From an uncultured Nitrospiraceae bacterium (GTDB taxonomy: Bacteria; Nitrospirota; Thermodesulfovibrionia; Thermodesulfovibrionales; Dissulfurispiraceae), in the NCBI GenBank assembly GCA_963727805.1, contig CAVSHF010000003.1, forward strand, positions 1,312,001 through 1,376,000: DNA of 64,000 nt, read 5' to 3'. Positions 1 through 10,196 of this stretch are shown here, one piece after another (position 1 is the stretch's first letter; every line of letters starts with the position of its first letter). A program made the position numbers and the translations under genes. The notes under the pieces are model-generated. The model saw only the letters and a program-made list of their open reading frames with translations. It made no database searches and was not told the origin of the DNA.

Positions 1-648
1 TGCCGACTTTGCATAGTCGAGGCAGAGGGGCCAGGGCTTATTCCCACAATACTTCCTTCCTGTAACCTGACGATTTCAGAAGGTCTCATCGTCATAACGA
101 ATTCTCCTGTCATTCAGTCAATGAGAAGGACCATCCTAGAACTACTCCTAGCAAGCACGCCTTTAACAGAAGCCCTGAGAGTGATTGCGGATAAGTTCGG
201 ACTAGAGACTTCACGATTCAAGTCAGCAAAGAGCGATCCATGTTTTTTGTGTGGTCTCTGCGTAAGGGTCTGCTGCGACAGGATTGGCGCTTCGGCCCTC
301 TCATTTACAAGTGTCGGGAATGAACAAGTGGTTGCAGAACGAATACGGATGAACGCGGAATTGTGCATAGGCTGCGGCACCTGTGCGAACATATGCCCTA
401 TGCAGGCTATGCAACTCGAAGATGCGGAAGCCGAGAGAAGGATTATACTATATGGCGAGGTTGTAAAAAGATTTGATCTGGTCAAATGCGACGGCTGTGG
501 TACACCGTATACTACACAGAAATTCATAGACTCCATTATCTCACGACTCGCTGATGAACAGAGATGCGGCCTTAAGAATCTATGTCCTGAATGCGCCCGT
601 CAATACTATGCCGAAGCTCTCACGGGACAATTCCCCTCTGAAGGATAG
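1..648 (+). CDS. 2Fe-2S/4Fe-4S ferredoxin-type subunit (NuoG N-terminal-like) of a soluble oxidoreductase, 5'-partial
   Basis: Frame 1 is open from base 1 (CRLCIVE...PSC, a 2Fe-2S motif). It continues through CFLCGLCVRVC, CIGCGTCANICP and CxxC...CPEC. The true start lies before the window. Confidence 0.8.
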   Translation, partial: CRLCIVEAEGPGLIPTILPSCNLTISEGLIVITNSPVIQSMRRTILELLLASTPLTEALRVIADKFGLETSRFKSAKSDPCFLCGLCVRVCCDRIGASALSFTSVGNEQVVAERIRMNAELCIGCGTCANICPMQAMQLEDAEAERRIILYGEVVKRFDLVKCDGCGTPYTTQKFIDSIISRLADEQRCGLKNLCPECARQYYAEALTGQFPSEG

Positions 649-653
649 TATAG

Positions 654-2636
654 ATGTCGCGTGAGAGGTCAATCAAGTACTGGAACAACAAACCAATGGG
701 AAATGCACCGCCACTCAGGTACGGTGACCGAAAAGTCGCTGCTGTAATCGGATGGGGCGGCATCCAGGTGTTCGACACGCACGTTGACCTTATCAAGGTT
801 TGTTATGAATATGCCCAAGCTGTGCAGAACAATTCGTGCGGCCAGTGCATCCCATGCAGGACTGGGATGAGGGTGCTCGCAGGCCTTTTTGCAAAGATCA
901 GTGCAGGTCGCGGCGAGGGAAAAGACCTTGAGTATATAGAAGAGCTTTCAATGACGATTTCAAGGTCTTCGATGTGTGAGATAGGACAGAGCTCGCCAAG
1001 AGTCTTTCTCTACCTGCTTGAAAACTTCAGGGATACCTTCGTCGCCGCCCTGAAAGACAAACCTGGAGTTAAGAGTGACGGAAGCAGGCGGTATTCATTC
1101 CATTCAATGCTAACAGCACCGTGCATGCAGGCTTGTCCAATCCACCTCGACATCCCAAAATACATTGAGGATATTAAGACAGGAAGATTTCGGGAATCCC
1201 TCGAGATTATAAAGATTAGGCTTCCCCTCCCTGGCATTGTCGGAAGGGTTTGCGTGCGGCCCTGCGAATTCAATTGCCGGAGGGAGTTGGTGGATGAGCC
1301 CATCCAGATAAGACATCTTAAGAGGTTCGTCGCGGATTATGCGCGCGATCATGCTCAAGACTCATCGGATAAACATGTCCCTAAGACGACAGCTGCCGTT
1401 AATTTCAAACAACACGCCGCACCACAAAAGGTTGCCGTCATCGGGGCAGGACCGTCAGGTCTCACGTGCGCTTCCTTCCTAGCAAAGGCAGGTTATGACG
1501 TCACTATCTTCGAAATGCTCCCTGAGGCCGGAGGTATGGCAGCAGTAGGGATTCCGGATTATCGCCTCCCCCGCTACATTGTTCGCGGTGAAGTTGAGGA
1601 AATAGAAAAACTAGGCGTCAAAATCGTTTATGGTAAAGCCCTGGGCCCTAGTTTCACCCTGGATGACCTTGAAAAGGACGGGTATAAAGCAACATTCATC
1701 GGCATGGGCTGCCATTGTCATAAGAGCCTCGGCATAGAAGGTGAAGACAAAGGGTATTATGGGTATGTGCCAGGCGTCTACTTTCTACGGAACATAAACC
1801 TCGGACTTTATGATGAGATTCCCAAAGGAAAGAAGATGGTGGTAGTCGGCGGCGGCAATGTTGCCATAGACTGCGTGCGGACCGCCTTCAGGGTGGGTTT
1901 TGATGAGTCCCATATCGTATACCGCAGGTCACGGAAAGAGATGCCGGCAGATCAGGTTGAGATCGATGATGCAGAGTCTGAGGGAGTCAGCTTTCATTTC
2001 CTGACCGCGCCCAACCGTATCATAGGGGAGAACGACAAAGTGAAAGGACTCGAATGCCTGAGGATGGAACTCGGAGAACCCGACTCATCCGGTCGGAGAA
2101 GGCCAGTCGTAGTCCCCGGCTCGGAGTTCGTCATCGAGGCAGATGTGATTGTAGCCGCCATCGGCCAGGAAGGGGATTTCAACTGCATGTGCAATCTGCC
2201 GGGTGTGGAGGTGTCGAAAAAAGGGGCGATCCTCGTCGATGAAAATCTGATGACATCACGAAAAGGCGTCTTCGCGGGAGGAGACTGCGTCACCGGTCCT
2301 GACGTCCTCATAAAAGCATGCGCGCATGGAAGACGAATCGGCATGGCTATAGACAAGTATCTGATCGATGGCAGCTTGGCCCCCTTGGGAGAGGTAACGG
2401 ATGAGAAGTTCCTGGAACAACTGAAGTTATATGATTCATCCGAAGTCATCGCTCTTCCCGCAGGCACGGGACGAATACCAGTCCGTCACGAACCATCCGC
2501 TGAGAGGAAGAAAGACTTTCGTGAAGTCGATAAAGGATTCACCCCCGAAGAGGCCGTTGCAGAGGCATCGAGATGTCTCAGATGCTATCGTGTGGTAATG
2601 TACGCCTGTGCCCGCTATGGAACTGATGAGATATAG
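654..2636 (+). CDS. SfrB-like FAD/Fe-S NADPH oxidoreductase (NuoF-type 4Fe-4S domain plus GltD/NfnB-like body)
   Basis: SCGQCIPCR, APCMQACP, GRVCVRPCE, GAGPSG FAD motif, GGGNVAIDC...YRR NADPH motif, C-terminal EASRCLRC. The N-terminus VAAVIGWGG resembles Geobacter SfrB as recalled. Confidence 0.8.
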   Translation: MSRERSIKYWNNKPMGNAPPLRYGDRKVAAVIGWGGIQVFDTHVDLIKVCYEYAQAVQNNSCGQCIPCRTGMRVLAGLFAKISAGRGEGKDLEYIEELSMTISRSSMCEIGQSSPRVFLYLLENFRDTFVAALKDKPGVKSDGSRRYSFHSMLTAPCMQACPIHLDIPKYIEDIKTGRFRESLEIIKIRLPLPGIVGRVCVRPCEFNCRRELVDEPIQIRHLKRFVADYARDHAQDSSDKHVPKTTAAVNFKQHAAPQKVAVIGAGPSGLTCASFLAKAGYDVTIFEMLPEAGGMAAVGIPDYRLPRYIVRGEVEEIEKLGVKIVYGKALGPSFTLDDLEKDGYKATFIGMGCHCHKSLGIEGEDKGYYGYVPGVYFLRNINLGLYDEIPKGKKMVVVGGGNVAIDCVRTAFRVGFDESHIVYRRSRKEMPADQVEIDDAESEGVSFHFLTAPNRIIGENDKVKGLECLRMELGEPDSSGRRRPVVVPGSEFVIEADVIVAAIGQEGDFNCMCNLPGVEVSKKGAILVDENLMTSRKGVFAGGDCVTGPDVLIKACAHGRRIGMAIDKYLIDGSLAPLGEVTDEKFLEQLKLYDSSEVIALPAGTGRIPVRHEPSAERKKDFREVDKGFTPEEAVAEASRCLRCYRVVMYACARYGTDEI

Positions 2637-2842
2637 TGCTGCGAAAGCTGCATAAAAATCAGTAGCAGATCATTGGGTGGTCTTTCTGGTAATTCTCACA
2701 TCGGCATCTACTTGTTGCTCATCATGTTTCAACTGGAACTCTATATAGCCGCACAAGCTCATCATGATTTTACCCGTAAAGACTTCAGAATGTAGAAGTC
2801 TGTTGCAAAGGAGGTACAATCCCACTTACTGGCTCCATTCCA

Positions 2843-3328
2843 CTACTTATCGGCCAGATGAAAATGCAAATATGTGACGTCCTGAAACCCAGGCCCATTG
2901 GTACATAGGCGATATTTGTATAACTTATCTTTTTCAATAATCTGTCTTGAGACAAGGTATGCGTCGATCAAATACGGAGCATCCGCCTCAGAAAGCTCTC
3001 CAATATTCTTAATATCTTTCTTGGGAATAATAACATAATGAAAATGCTTTTTTTGTAATGGCAGCTTTATGGCAATTGTTTTGTCAGTTTCCAAAACGAT
3101 GAATGGTATCATGCTGGGTAATTTTTGTATTCCGACCGATGCGAGCAGACCGGCTAGTTCATTGGGGCTCAAACAATTTTGACACTGGTTTAGTGCAAGC
3201 AGTGATCGCGGCTGCGATTGCGAAAACAGATATCCTCCAATCACAATGCCGACAAACAACAATAATAGAGATAGAGTTGCAACTCTCCATCTACTCATCG
3301 TATTATGGCCACTATTTAAATTGGTCAT
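2843..3328 (-). CDS. Membrane-anchored HIT-like domain protein
   Basis: N-terminal hydrophobic helix, HYVIIPKK, NGPGFQDVTYLHFHL (HIT-like C-terminus). Confidence 0.65.
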   Translation of the reverse strand: MTNLNSGHNTMSRWRVATLSLLLLFVGIVIGGYLFSQSQPRSLLALNQCQNCLSPNELAGLLASVGIQKLPSMIPFIVLETDKTIAIKLPLQKKHFHYVIIPKKDIKNIGELSEADAPYLIDAYLVSRQIIEKDKLYKYRLCTNGPGFQDVTYLHFHLADK

Positions 3329-3726
3329 TGTAAAAACAAAAGTATAATATCAATTCTGTAAAGCTTAAAAGGGGATAATCCTCAAGGCTTTCATAATAAC
3401 CTCGCTGCCCCATAGATTCACTGTTCTAATCATCACAATTATATCAAACTTGAAGAGCACATTTCAGAAATGACGTAATAATATTTTGTCGCAAGTCGGA
3501 GGACTTACTCTCTCTCGTACTCTTCTAAATATAATTTATTGCAAGGATGCGACTTCCCCCTAAAAGTCTGCAATACTGTGCAGCCGAACCGGCGATGATA
3601 ATATGATAGGGAATGCCCTGACCCTCAGCTCTTTTGCTCTCGCTTAAGGAACTACTATTATTGAGCTGTTCAAATAGCTGGCTTATCCTGTATCACTCAT
3701 TTACCCAGAGCATTGCCGATGGGCTA

Positions 3727-4536
3727 TCAGTCGCCAAACGGCAATATCGGCATCACGTAAACATTAATTTCTTTAACGCCAGGGATATTTTTGGCAGACT
3801 CTTTTATATTCTCAATGAGTATGTCTTCCTGATGTGCTGTAGCGCTCGTTTTAATCGATACAATACCTTCTTTGGCATATACTACCGCATCCGGAGCGTA
3901 CTCTAATATTGCAACTTTTACTCTGGCCGCGACAAGCATCTCATGAAGAACCTCTTGAGACCCTGGAGAAGCTTTGAATTGATTCAGGCGAATCGTTTGG
4001 CAGATAATATCAACAGCATCATCAACGGATATCTTCTTGATATGAATTATCAAGTCATACAGACTTGAATCGTTAGTGTCAATCCCATAAACATGGTGAC
4101 TCCATTTTCTTCTTTCTTCGTCATCATTTTTTAAAAGACGGGCTGCCTCTTTTTCTGACATTTTTTCACGTTCCATCTCCCACTTTATTCGATCTGCCAT
4201 ATCAGCAATGATCCTCACCTTCAATACATGGGAGACGCCTTTGAGCAGAAAATGTCCAGCGAGTCCATGGTAGACGACATTATCTTTACTCAGATGCTCA
4301 AGAAAAGCTACCTGATAGTACGCAATAAATTTCTCTTTCCCATATGTAAATTCATCTAAAATTGAAGGCGCATCATGCAGTGCCCGTTCGAGTTTAACTG
4401 CAGGTATATTGAATTCTTGTGACGCCTCAATAATTGCCTCGCGAGCAATACACTCATATCCAACCTTCTTAGCAACCTTTTCCGCAATTTCCTTCCCTTT
4501 GGTATATGAACCTCTTGAAATAGTAATTATAGACAT
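3727..4536 (-). CDS. Cytidylate kinase-like family protein with C-terminal BON-like domain
   Basis: MSIITISRGSYTKGKEIAEKVA P-loop-like start, VLKVRIIA, YDLIIH, and a C-terminal IPGVKEI typical of BON. GGAGG RBS. Confidence 0.75.
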   Translation of the reverse strand: MSIITISRGSYTKGKEIAEKVAKKVGYECIAREAIIEASQEFNIPAVKLERALHDAPSILDEFTYGKEKFIAYYQVAFLEHLSKDNVVYHGLAGHFLLKGVSHVLKVRIIADMADRIKWEMEREKMSEKEAARLLKNDDEERRKWSHHVYGIDTNDSSLYDLIIHIKKISVDDAVDIICQTIRLNQFKASPGSQEVLHEMLVAARVKVAILEYAPDAVVYAKEGIVSIKTSATAHQEDILIENIKESAKNIPGVKEINVYVMPILPFGD

Positions 4537-4698
4537 TACGATCCTCCATCAGAAAACTAATTCATTATAGATGCCATAAGGCATCTTTGCATCAGGCATA
4601 AAGCTTATTTTGCCGAAAAAATATATTAAAGTAAAGTATATTAACCAGATTAGAGTTAACGATATTATAAAATAAGGTTGTGACATAAGCTGCTGGTT

Positions 4699-6606
4699 TC
4701 ATTCAGGCTTTCCAGGCAACGTCCCTTGCGCGTCAGCGTCAGCGTCAGCTTCGCCTTCAGATACTGTCTTGCCTGGACATAATTTAACCGGCTCTGTCCT
4801 GCAGTAAGGATATTTCACCGTCTCGCATTCCCAGAAGACAAGGTTAGGACATTTCTCCCGGCAGTGGGTGTAGTCGATTCTATTGAAAAGTCTTGTTATC
4901 GAATCACCTTTCGAAAGGAACCAGTGATCCTGCTCGAAAATACGCTTGAGCCCAGACCGTTCCAGCACATCAGCAACTGGAGTCTTCACATTGGCCAGAT
5001 ATACCTCTACGCCCTTCTTTTTAAGTTCCAGCACCAGTTCGCGCATCTCATCCACACCGGTAGAGTCGATTTTGTTGACCATCTCCAGGTCAAGTAGAAT
5101 GTATTTGAGATTGTCCTTAAATATCTCTGCTTTTTCGAGTACAGACTTGCGGAAGGATTCGGCATTAGCAAAATATATTGAGAAATCCGGTAGGAGATAG
5201 ATGATCTGGGGACAGACTGGCAGTTTTTTTGCTTCGGCGTTAACAAAAATCTCGGATCTGGGATCGCGGGTTAGCATGATCATGCGTGGAGTCATGGATT
5301 CCCAAAGAAAGAGCAAGAGCGAGAGGGCTATACCGATGAAGATTGCGTAATCAGGCTTGGTAATGACTGCAAAGAGGAAAGTCGTGAGGGCCACAATGCC
5401 GTCATGCTTGTTTGTCCTGAGAAGCTTCGCAAACTGGCTTTGTCTCACCAGACCGACTACTGCCGAGATGACTATGGCGGCCAATGTTGCCTTCGGAAGG
5501 TGATGGAAAGCCGACGTAAAAAATACGAGAGTGGCAATTACGATGCATCCCGAAAAGACATTCGACAGCGCGGTCCTACCACCGGCCTGGAGGTTCACGG
5601 CGCTGCTGGAAAAGGAGCCGCTTACCGGATAAGCATGAAAAAATGACCCCACCAGGTTAGCCGCGCCCTGGCCGATCAACTCCTGGTCAATATCGACAGA
5701 TTGTTTTGTTTTTTCAGAGATCGCTTTTGTAATTGCCATGGCTTCCATGAAGCCTACGATGGCGATAATAAGGCCAGGGCCGATGAGGCGGAAAATAGCC
5801 TCAAGGTTCGCTGCCGCCGAGACAACACCGTGCAGATCGATGTTCTCCTGTGGAACCATGGGCCCCATATACTGCCAGAAAGGGATGATGATCGAGGGCA
5901 GACCGGCAGGCATATCCCCTATGGTCCTCACCCCATAGCGGTCGATAGAAAAAAAATAGCTGATAAGCGTGGTAACAACAATAGCTATCATTGTAACCGG
6001 CAATTTACCACTTACCTTGCGGCCACCAAAAATGATCGTGAGAGAAAGTAAACCGATACCAAATGTGAGGAGATTAACATGAGAAACATTTTTTACGATA
6101 TCGACAAATATGGGGAAGATGAACTCGCTGTCTCTCACCTGTATGCCGAACAGGTGCTTAACCTGCGTCGTAGCGATAATGATTGCAGCGGCGTTGGTAA
6201 ACCCCGTTATGACGGGATGCGACACGAACCTCATGATAAAGCCGAGCTTTAAGATGCCCATCAAAAGCTGGAAAGTGCCGACTATGGCCGCCAAGTTAAT
6301 GGCAATGATTATGAACTCAGGCGTTCCTGGCTTCGCAAAGGGAAGGACCGATGCGAAGGTAAGGAGGCTGACAATGGCGACCGGCCCCGTAGCGAGTTGG
6401 CTAGACCGACCCCACAGAGCCCCCACAATAGGGGGAATGCTAGCTCCATAGAGCCCATATATAGGAGGCAGGCCGGCAATCATGGCATTGGACATTGACT
6501 GCGGAATGAGGACCGCCGCAACTGTGATACTGGCAATCAAGTCCTGAGGAAGGTCTTCTTTTCGGTAGTCCTTCAGCCAGCCTATAAACGGAAGAAATCT
6601 TTGCAT
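4699..6606 (-). CDS. SulP/SLC26 family anion permease with STAS domain
   Basis: IPQSMS-AMIAGLPPIYGLY, GPVAIVSL, QELIGQG.AN, GSFSSSAVN; STAS IYFANA and IDSTG. Confidence 0.92.
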   Translation of the reverse strand: MQRFLPFIGWLKDYRKEDLPQDLIASITVAAVLIPQSMSNAMIAGLPPIYGLYGASIPPIVGALWGRSSQLATGPVAIVSLLTFASVLPFAKPGTPEFIIIAINLAAIVGTFQLLMGILKLGFIMRFVSHPVITGFTNAAAIIIATTQVKHLFGIQVRDSEFIFPIFVDIVKNVSHVNLLTFGIGLLSLTIIFGGRKVSGKLPVTMIAIVVTTLISYFFSIDRYGVRTIGDMPAGLPSIIIPFWQYMGPMVPQENIDLHGVVSAAANLEAIFRLIGPGLIIAIVGFMEAMAITKAISEKTKQSVDIDQELIGQGAANLVGSFFHAYPVSGSFSSSAVNLQAGGRTALSNVFSGCIVIATLVFFTSAFHHLPKATLAAIVISAVVGLVRQSQFAKLLRTNKHDGIVALTTFLFAVITKPDYAIFIGIALSLLLFLWESMTPRMIMLTRDPRSEIFVNAEAKKLPVCPQIIYLLPDFSIYFANAESFRKSVLEKAEIFKDNLKYILLDLEMVNKIDSTGVDEMRELVLELKKKGVEVYLANVKTPVADVLERSGLKRIFEQDHWFLSKGDSITRLFNRIDYTHCREKCPNLVFWECETVKYPYCRTEPVKLCPGKTVSEGEADADADAQGTLPGKPE

Positions 6607-7343
6607 CGTATCAGAGCTCTCCTTCCCTACATTGATGATCGATAGTATACTGGTGTAACCGGTTAATAATTCTGAGACTTAAGAATTCTAGTTATTTACT
6701 ACTTTATATTTATAACTTATTTTAGTGAAGTCTTCAAGCCTGACCGTTACCAAGCAATATGTCTCCTTTGATATTCAACCACTTTTTTTCAGCACATCTT
6801 CAGATATGTTCTTTCGGCTGTGACGTATTCTATTTGTATCGAGATAAACTTTTATGGTATCCGTTTTCATGGCGTTTAGTGAATTTCTTATTCAAGCTGT
6901 TAATGCCGGAAGAGTGCCAGAGTCTACCTTTTTTGTGGGAATCTGCATGTTTTATTTTCGCAATATTCGCATTCACAAGTGCTAGCTGTAGACTCTTCAA
7001 ATGTCTCGAATGTAAAGCTCGTAGGTAGAAGAGCTGAGAAAGAAGATTGACGCTTTTTTCAGAAATTAGCATTTCTGCAGTTATCGTTGGACAAACGATT
7101 TGACGTGAAATGTCCATCAAAACTGCGTTCTTACAGTCTCAAAATGAATCTGTTCTTTTGGCCACTTTGTACCTCCAGTATTAGCTTAACGCCAATATCG
7201 GCGATGCAGAGTTCCGGAACGGGCGGATCGAGGAAAGCAATAGGCTTCTTGATAATACTGTCGCATCAGCTAAAAGGATGGAGAAAACCAGACAAGCCAT
7301 GATCGTATATTGACGTGACTGCCCCCTCAAAGAATGCCGAGTT

Positions 7344-7485
7344 CAATCGCTTTATATCCCTCTGCCGAACCATGATAATGTCCTTTCCCGCCATACCGCC
7401 TCCATTTCAAAAGGACAGTATAGCAATCCCTACAACAGGACATTTCTGCTTTGCTCTAATAGGACATTATCACTTTGCTGTTACA
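7344..7485 (-). mobile_element. Left end and first 17 codons of an ISNCY/IS1202-type transposase (truncated remnant)
   Basis: The minus strand starts TGT at 7485, with two tandem subterminal repeats (plus GGACATTTCTGCTTTGCT 7438-7455 and GGACATTATCACTTTGCT 7462-7479). GGAGG RBS, then ATG at 7394 encoding MAGKDIIMVRQRDIKRL, after which similarity is lost. Family call is from recall. Confidence 0.55.
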
Positions 7486-7691
7486 TACTATACCGTCGGG
7501 CTAAGAAATACTATTATGCCAATCGTTGAAGTCGGTACAGATAGTACAACATGCCATGTGTAATAGCAGAAATTAGCATCCATGATCATCAATTTCAAAT
7601 ATTTGAGAAACCAACTATGTCAAACATAGAGCCAAGCTCAGATGCAGAATTCTAGAAGAAATTTGTCTATTGCTTAGCTCGCCAGATAACA

Positions 7692-8486
7692 GACTTCCAG
7701 AAAGAACAGGATCCAACACTTGTGACCAATAAATCCAAGTTTTTTGCACAAATGAGTATGCTTGATATATTTATTTTATTGCTACTTGAAGAGGAAGAAG
7801 TGGGATTTTAACGTCATAAGTCTCGCATCTCAGGTCGAGTAGGCCGGTGGAATCGCACCACCAGCCCCTCACAGATTCCGTACGTGAACCTCTCGATTCA
7901 TACGGCTCGTGTCAATCATCAAGTTGAGTCTTTGCAGTCTCAACCATACACATTGAGCGATAGTTCCTCCTGGTCACCCAGTTGACTGGTACTCTTTGTG
8001 GATTGACCCATCCCCTTCCCTCCACGGCTTATTATCACCGCTTCATCGGTACTATTGGACGGTCCGACCCCTTCACCTGCATCGATACTTTCCCCCTTCG
8101 TTTGCACTTATAGGGTTTTCTCTTAGCATCAGATGAAGAGTTCCCGCGTTCCACACAGGAGCCTAGATCAGCTTCATGCCGCCTCTATGCCGGACGCCGT
8201 TCAGGCAGTAAACAGGTATCTCCTGAACTAATCCTGATGCAAAGTAAGAACATCAGTTTTGACGTCGTCCTTTTCCTTTCGACACCTCATCAGCGGTTCG
8301 CTTACGCTCATCTCTCTGATCCATCCCTGACACGATCTAGTCGTGCCTTTTCCTTTAACGCTCACCACCGGAGCCTTTCGACTACAGCAGCTTAAGGTGG
8401 GTTGAAGCCTGCTCCTGCAAGCCGGCTTCGAGGGGCCAACCCTCATCTTCCTGTGCAGCCTCGTGGCGCACTTATTTCTGGAAGTC
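7692..8486. repeat. Short inverted-repeat-bounded element (~157 bp once the intron is removed) hosting the group II intron
   Basis: Plus GACTTCCAGAAAGAACAG-GATCC at 7692 matches the spliced minus sequence GACTTCCAGAAATAA|CTGAGATGC starting at 8486. Confidence 0.5.
7834..8471 (-). ncRNA. ORF-less group II intron ribozyme (IIB, RmInt1/class D-like)
   Basis: 5' GTGCG at 8471. Domain V GAGCCGTATGAATCGAGAGGTTCACGTACGGAATC (7908-7874). Domain VI with bulged A ending ...CTACTCGAC at 7834. Domain IV is only ~97 nt, closed by GTCAATC/GATTGAC. EBS1/EBS2 complement the 5' exon. Confidence 0.9.
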
Positions 8487-8763
8487 GACACGACATAATT
8501 GCATGAAATATTTAACATACAAGCGGAAGTCTAAATACTTTTGCCGCCGAACAAGGGATGGTAATATCAAACTGGTGTAACAGCGACGTGCCACTCAATC
8601 ATGATGCAGCAATCACGCTGCAAAGCCTTCGGTGGTTATCGTCTCGTGGTGAATCATCCACCTCTTTTGTTTAGTATTACTGCATAAAAAAACCGGTACC
8701 AAAGTGGATCGGCTTTGCACTAATGGTATAATTACGTCTAACACTAATTGAGAGGTATTCGAA

Positions 8764-9621
8764 ATGCATCTATTCCAAATTCTTGTTCTGGCAATAATCC
8801 AAGGGGCTGCCGAGCTGTTGCCGGTTTCAAGCTCTGCACATGTCATTGTAGCGGAAAAATTGATGGGGCTCGACCCGACTAGCCCCGAGATGACTCTCTT
8901 GCTAGTGATGCTTCACACCGGCACCATGTTTGCCGTTATTTTCTACTTCTGGAGGTCTTGGAAGGAGAGCTTTTTTGCTTCTCAAAAAGTATTCATGAAT
9001 TCCATTAAGCTCATCGCCGTGGCGACTTTTTTGACGGGGATAATAGGTCTAGTGCTGAAATCACTTATTGAAAGATTCGTGCTAGGAAATGTCGCACATG
9101 CCGAAATCGAACTTCTGTTTGGCAACCTGTTTCTGATATCGGCATCTCTTGCAACTGTTGGAGTCTTGATCATGGTTGCCGGTTGGAAGAGCCGCTCCGG
9201 ACATAAAACCTCCATGGACCTGAAAAGGTCCTGTCTGATCGGGATCGTGCAGGGCCTGTGTTTGCCCTTTCGTGGGTTTTCCCGTTCAGGAGCAACTATA
9301 TCTACCGGTCTTCTTTTGGGGATCGATAAAATAAGGGCCGAGGAATTCAGCTTCGCACTTGCGGTCGTCCTCACGCCGCCTGTCATCGCCCGTGAAGTCT
9401 TTCGATTGCTTAAGGCACAACATTCTGCGACATTTAATACGGCGGATATGGTCGCGCTTTTCTATCCGAGCCTGATCGGCATGGCTCTAAGCTTTATCTC
9501 GGGCATTCTGGCCCTAAAATGGCTCTCAAGCTGGCTGGATCGAGGCCGTTGGCATCTGTTCGGGATTTATTGTCTATGCGGTGCTGTTATTGTTTTTCTG
9601 CTTCATAGCAACGGATTGTAA
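8764..9621 (+). CDS. uppP: Undecaprenyl-diphosphate phosphatase (BacA family)
   Basis: IIQGAAELLPVSSSAH, LHTGT and GFSRSGATIS motifs; multiple TM helices. Confidence 0.92.
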   Translation: MHLFQILVLAIIQGAAELLPVSSSAHVIVAEKLMGLDPTSPEMTLLLVMLHTGTMFAVIFYFWRSWKESFFASQKVFMNSIKLIAVATFLTGIIGLVLKSLIERFVLGNVAHAEIELLFGNLFLISASLATVGVLIMVAGWKSRSGHKTSMDLKRSCLIGIVQGLCLPFRGFSRSGATISTGLLLGIDKIRAEEFSFALAVVLTPPVIAREVFRLLKAQHSATFNTADMVALFYPSLIGMALSFISGILALKWLSSWLDRGRWHLFGIYCLCGAVIVFLLHSNGL

Positions 9622-10196
9622 TATGCTGCTGCCTTGATAATTTGATGTCCTTGCAGCAAAATATCTGCATTTCTGGTTATTGATAGAGCAAATTTTCTTT
9701 TTATTTTAACCCGTGACATCGACGACCCAGTGAGAGCAACGCGTCGCATCCTCCTTACAATGTTGCCAAAAACGTGTGGTCATGGAATTGATGTCGTTCT
9801 CATCGACAACGGAGTATACAGTCAGTGGATAAACATCTGACTTCCTTATCGAGCACCCGTTCTTTTTTCCCCTCCTATTCGAATGTCGCATTTGCACTAA
9901 TTTGACTTTCTCTTCTCTTTCTAAAGTTTCCGATAAAGCTATCATCCAGCCTGCGATCAGCCACTTTTCCCCCTGACGGGCGAAGAACGCAACCTTTGCA
10001 GTTTCAATAGTCGATAGTCTTAGCACTGTTTAGCAAACTTTCAACTTGTAGTAAAGGCAGCACAATCTCAAAAGTCTTAAAGGCATTGAATTCAAGAGGA
10101 AGTGATCATAAGGCCGTAGCTCTTCCTCGCTTCATTGTGCATCTATCAGCTTGCAGGCGGTACGCTTGGATCAAGAGACCGATGAATCTCTCTTTT

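Noticed and set aside
4730..4750. GCGTCA hexamer repeat
   Set aside because: A short in-frame ADADAD linker in the SulP tail; length multiple of three, so not phase-variable.
8228..8518. 96-aa ORF as an intron-encoded protein
   Set aside because: It spans the exon and domain I of the ribozyme and has no RT motifs.
7495..8530. dif/Xer-like half sites (GATTGGCATAA; TATGTTAAAT)
   Set aside because: Each has only one plausible arm; there is no complete 28-bp site.
9706..10026. 106-aa minus ORF and similar short intergenic ORFs (6759-7563, 21904-22122, 30536-30781)
   Set aside because: No recognisable motifs or convincing starts; possibly decayed fragments, but unsupported.
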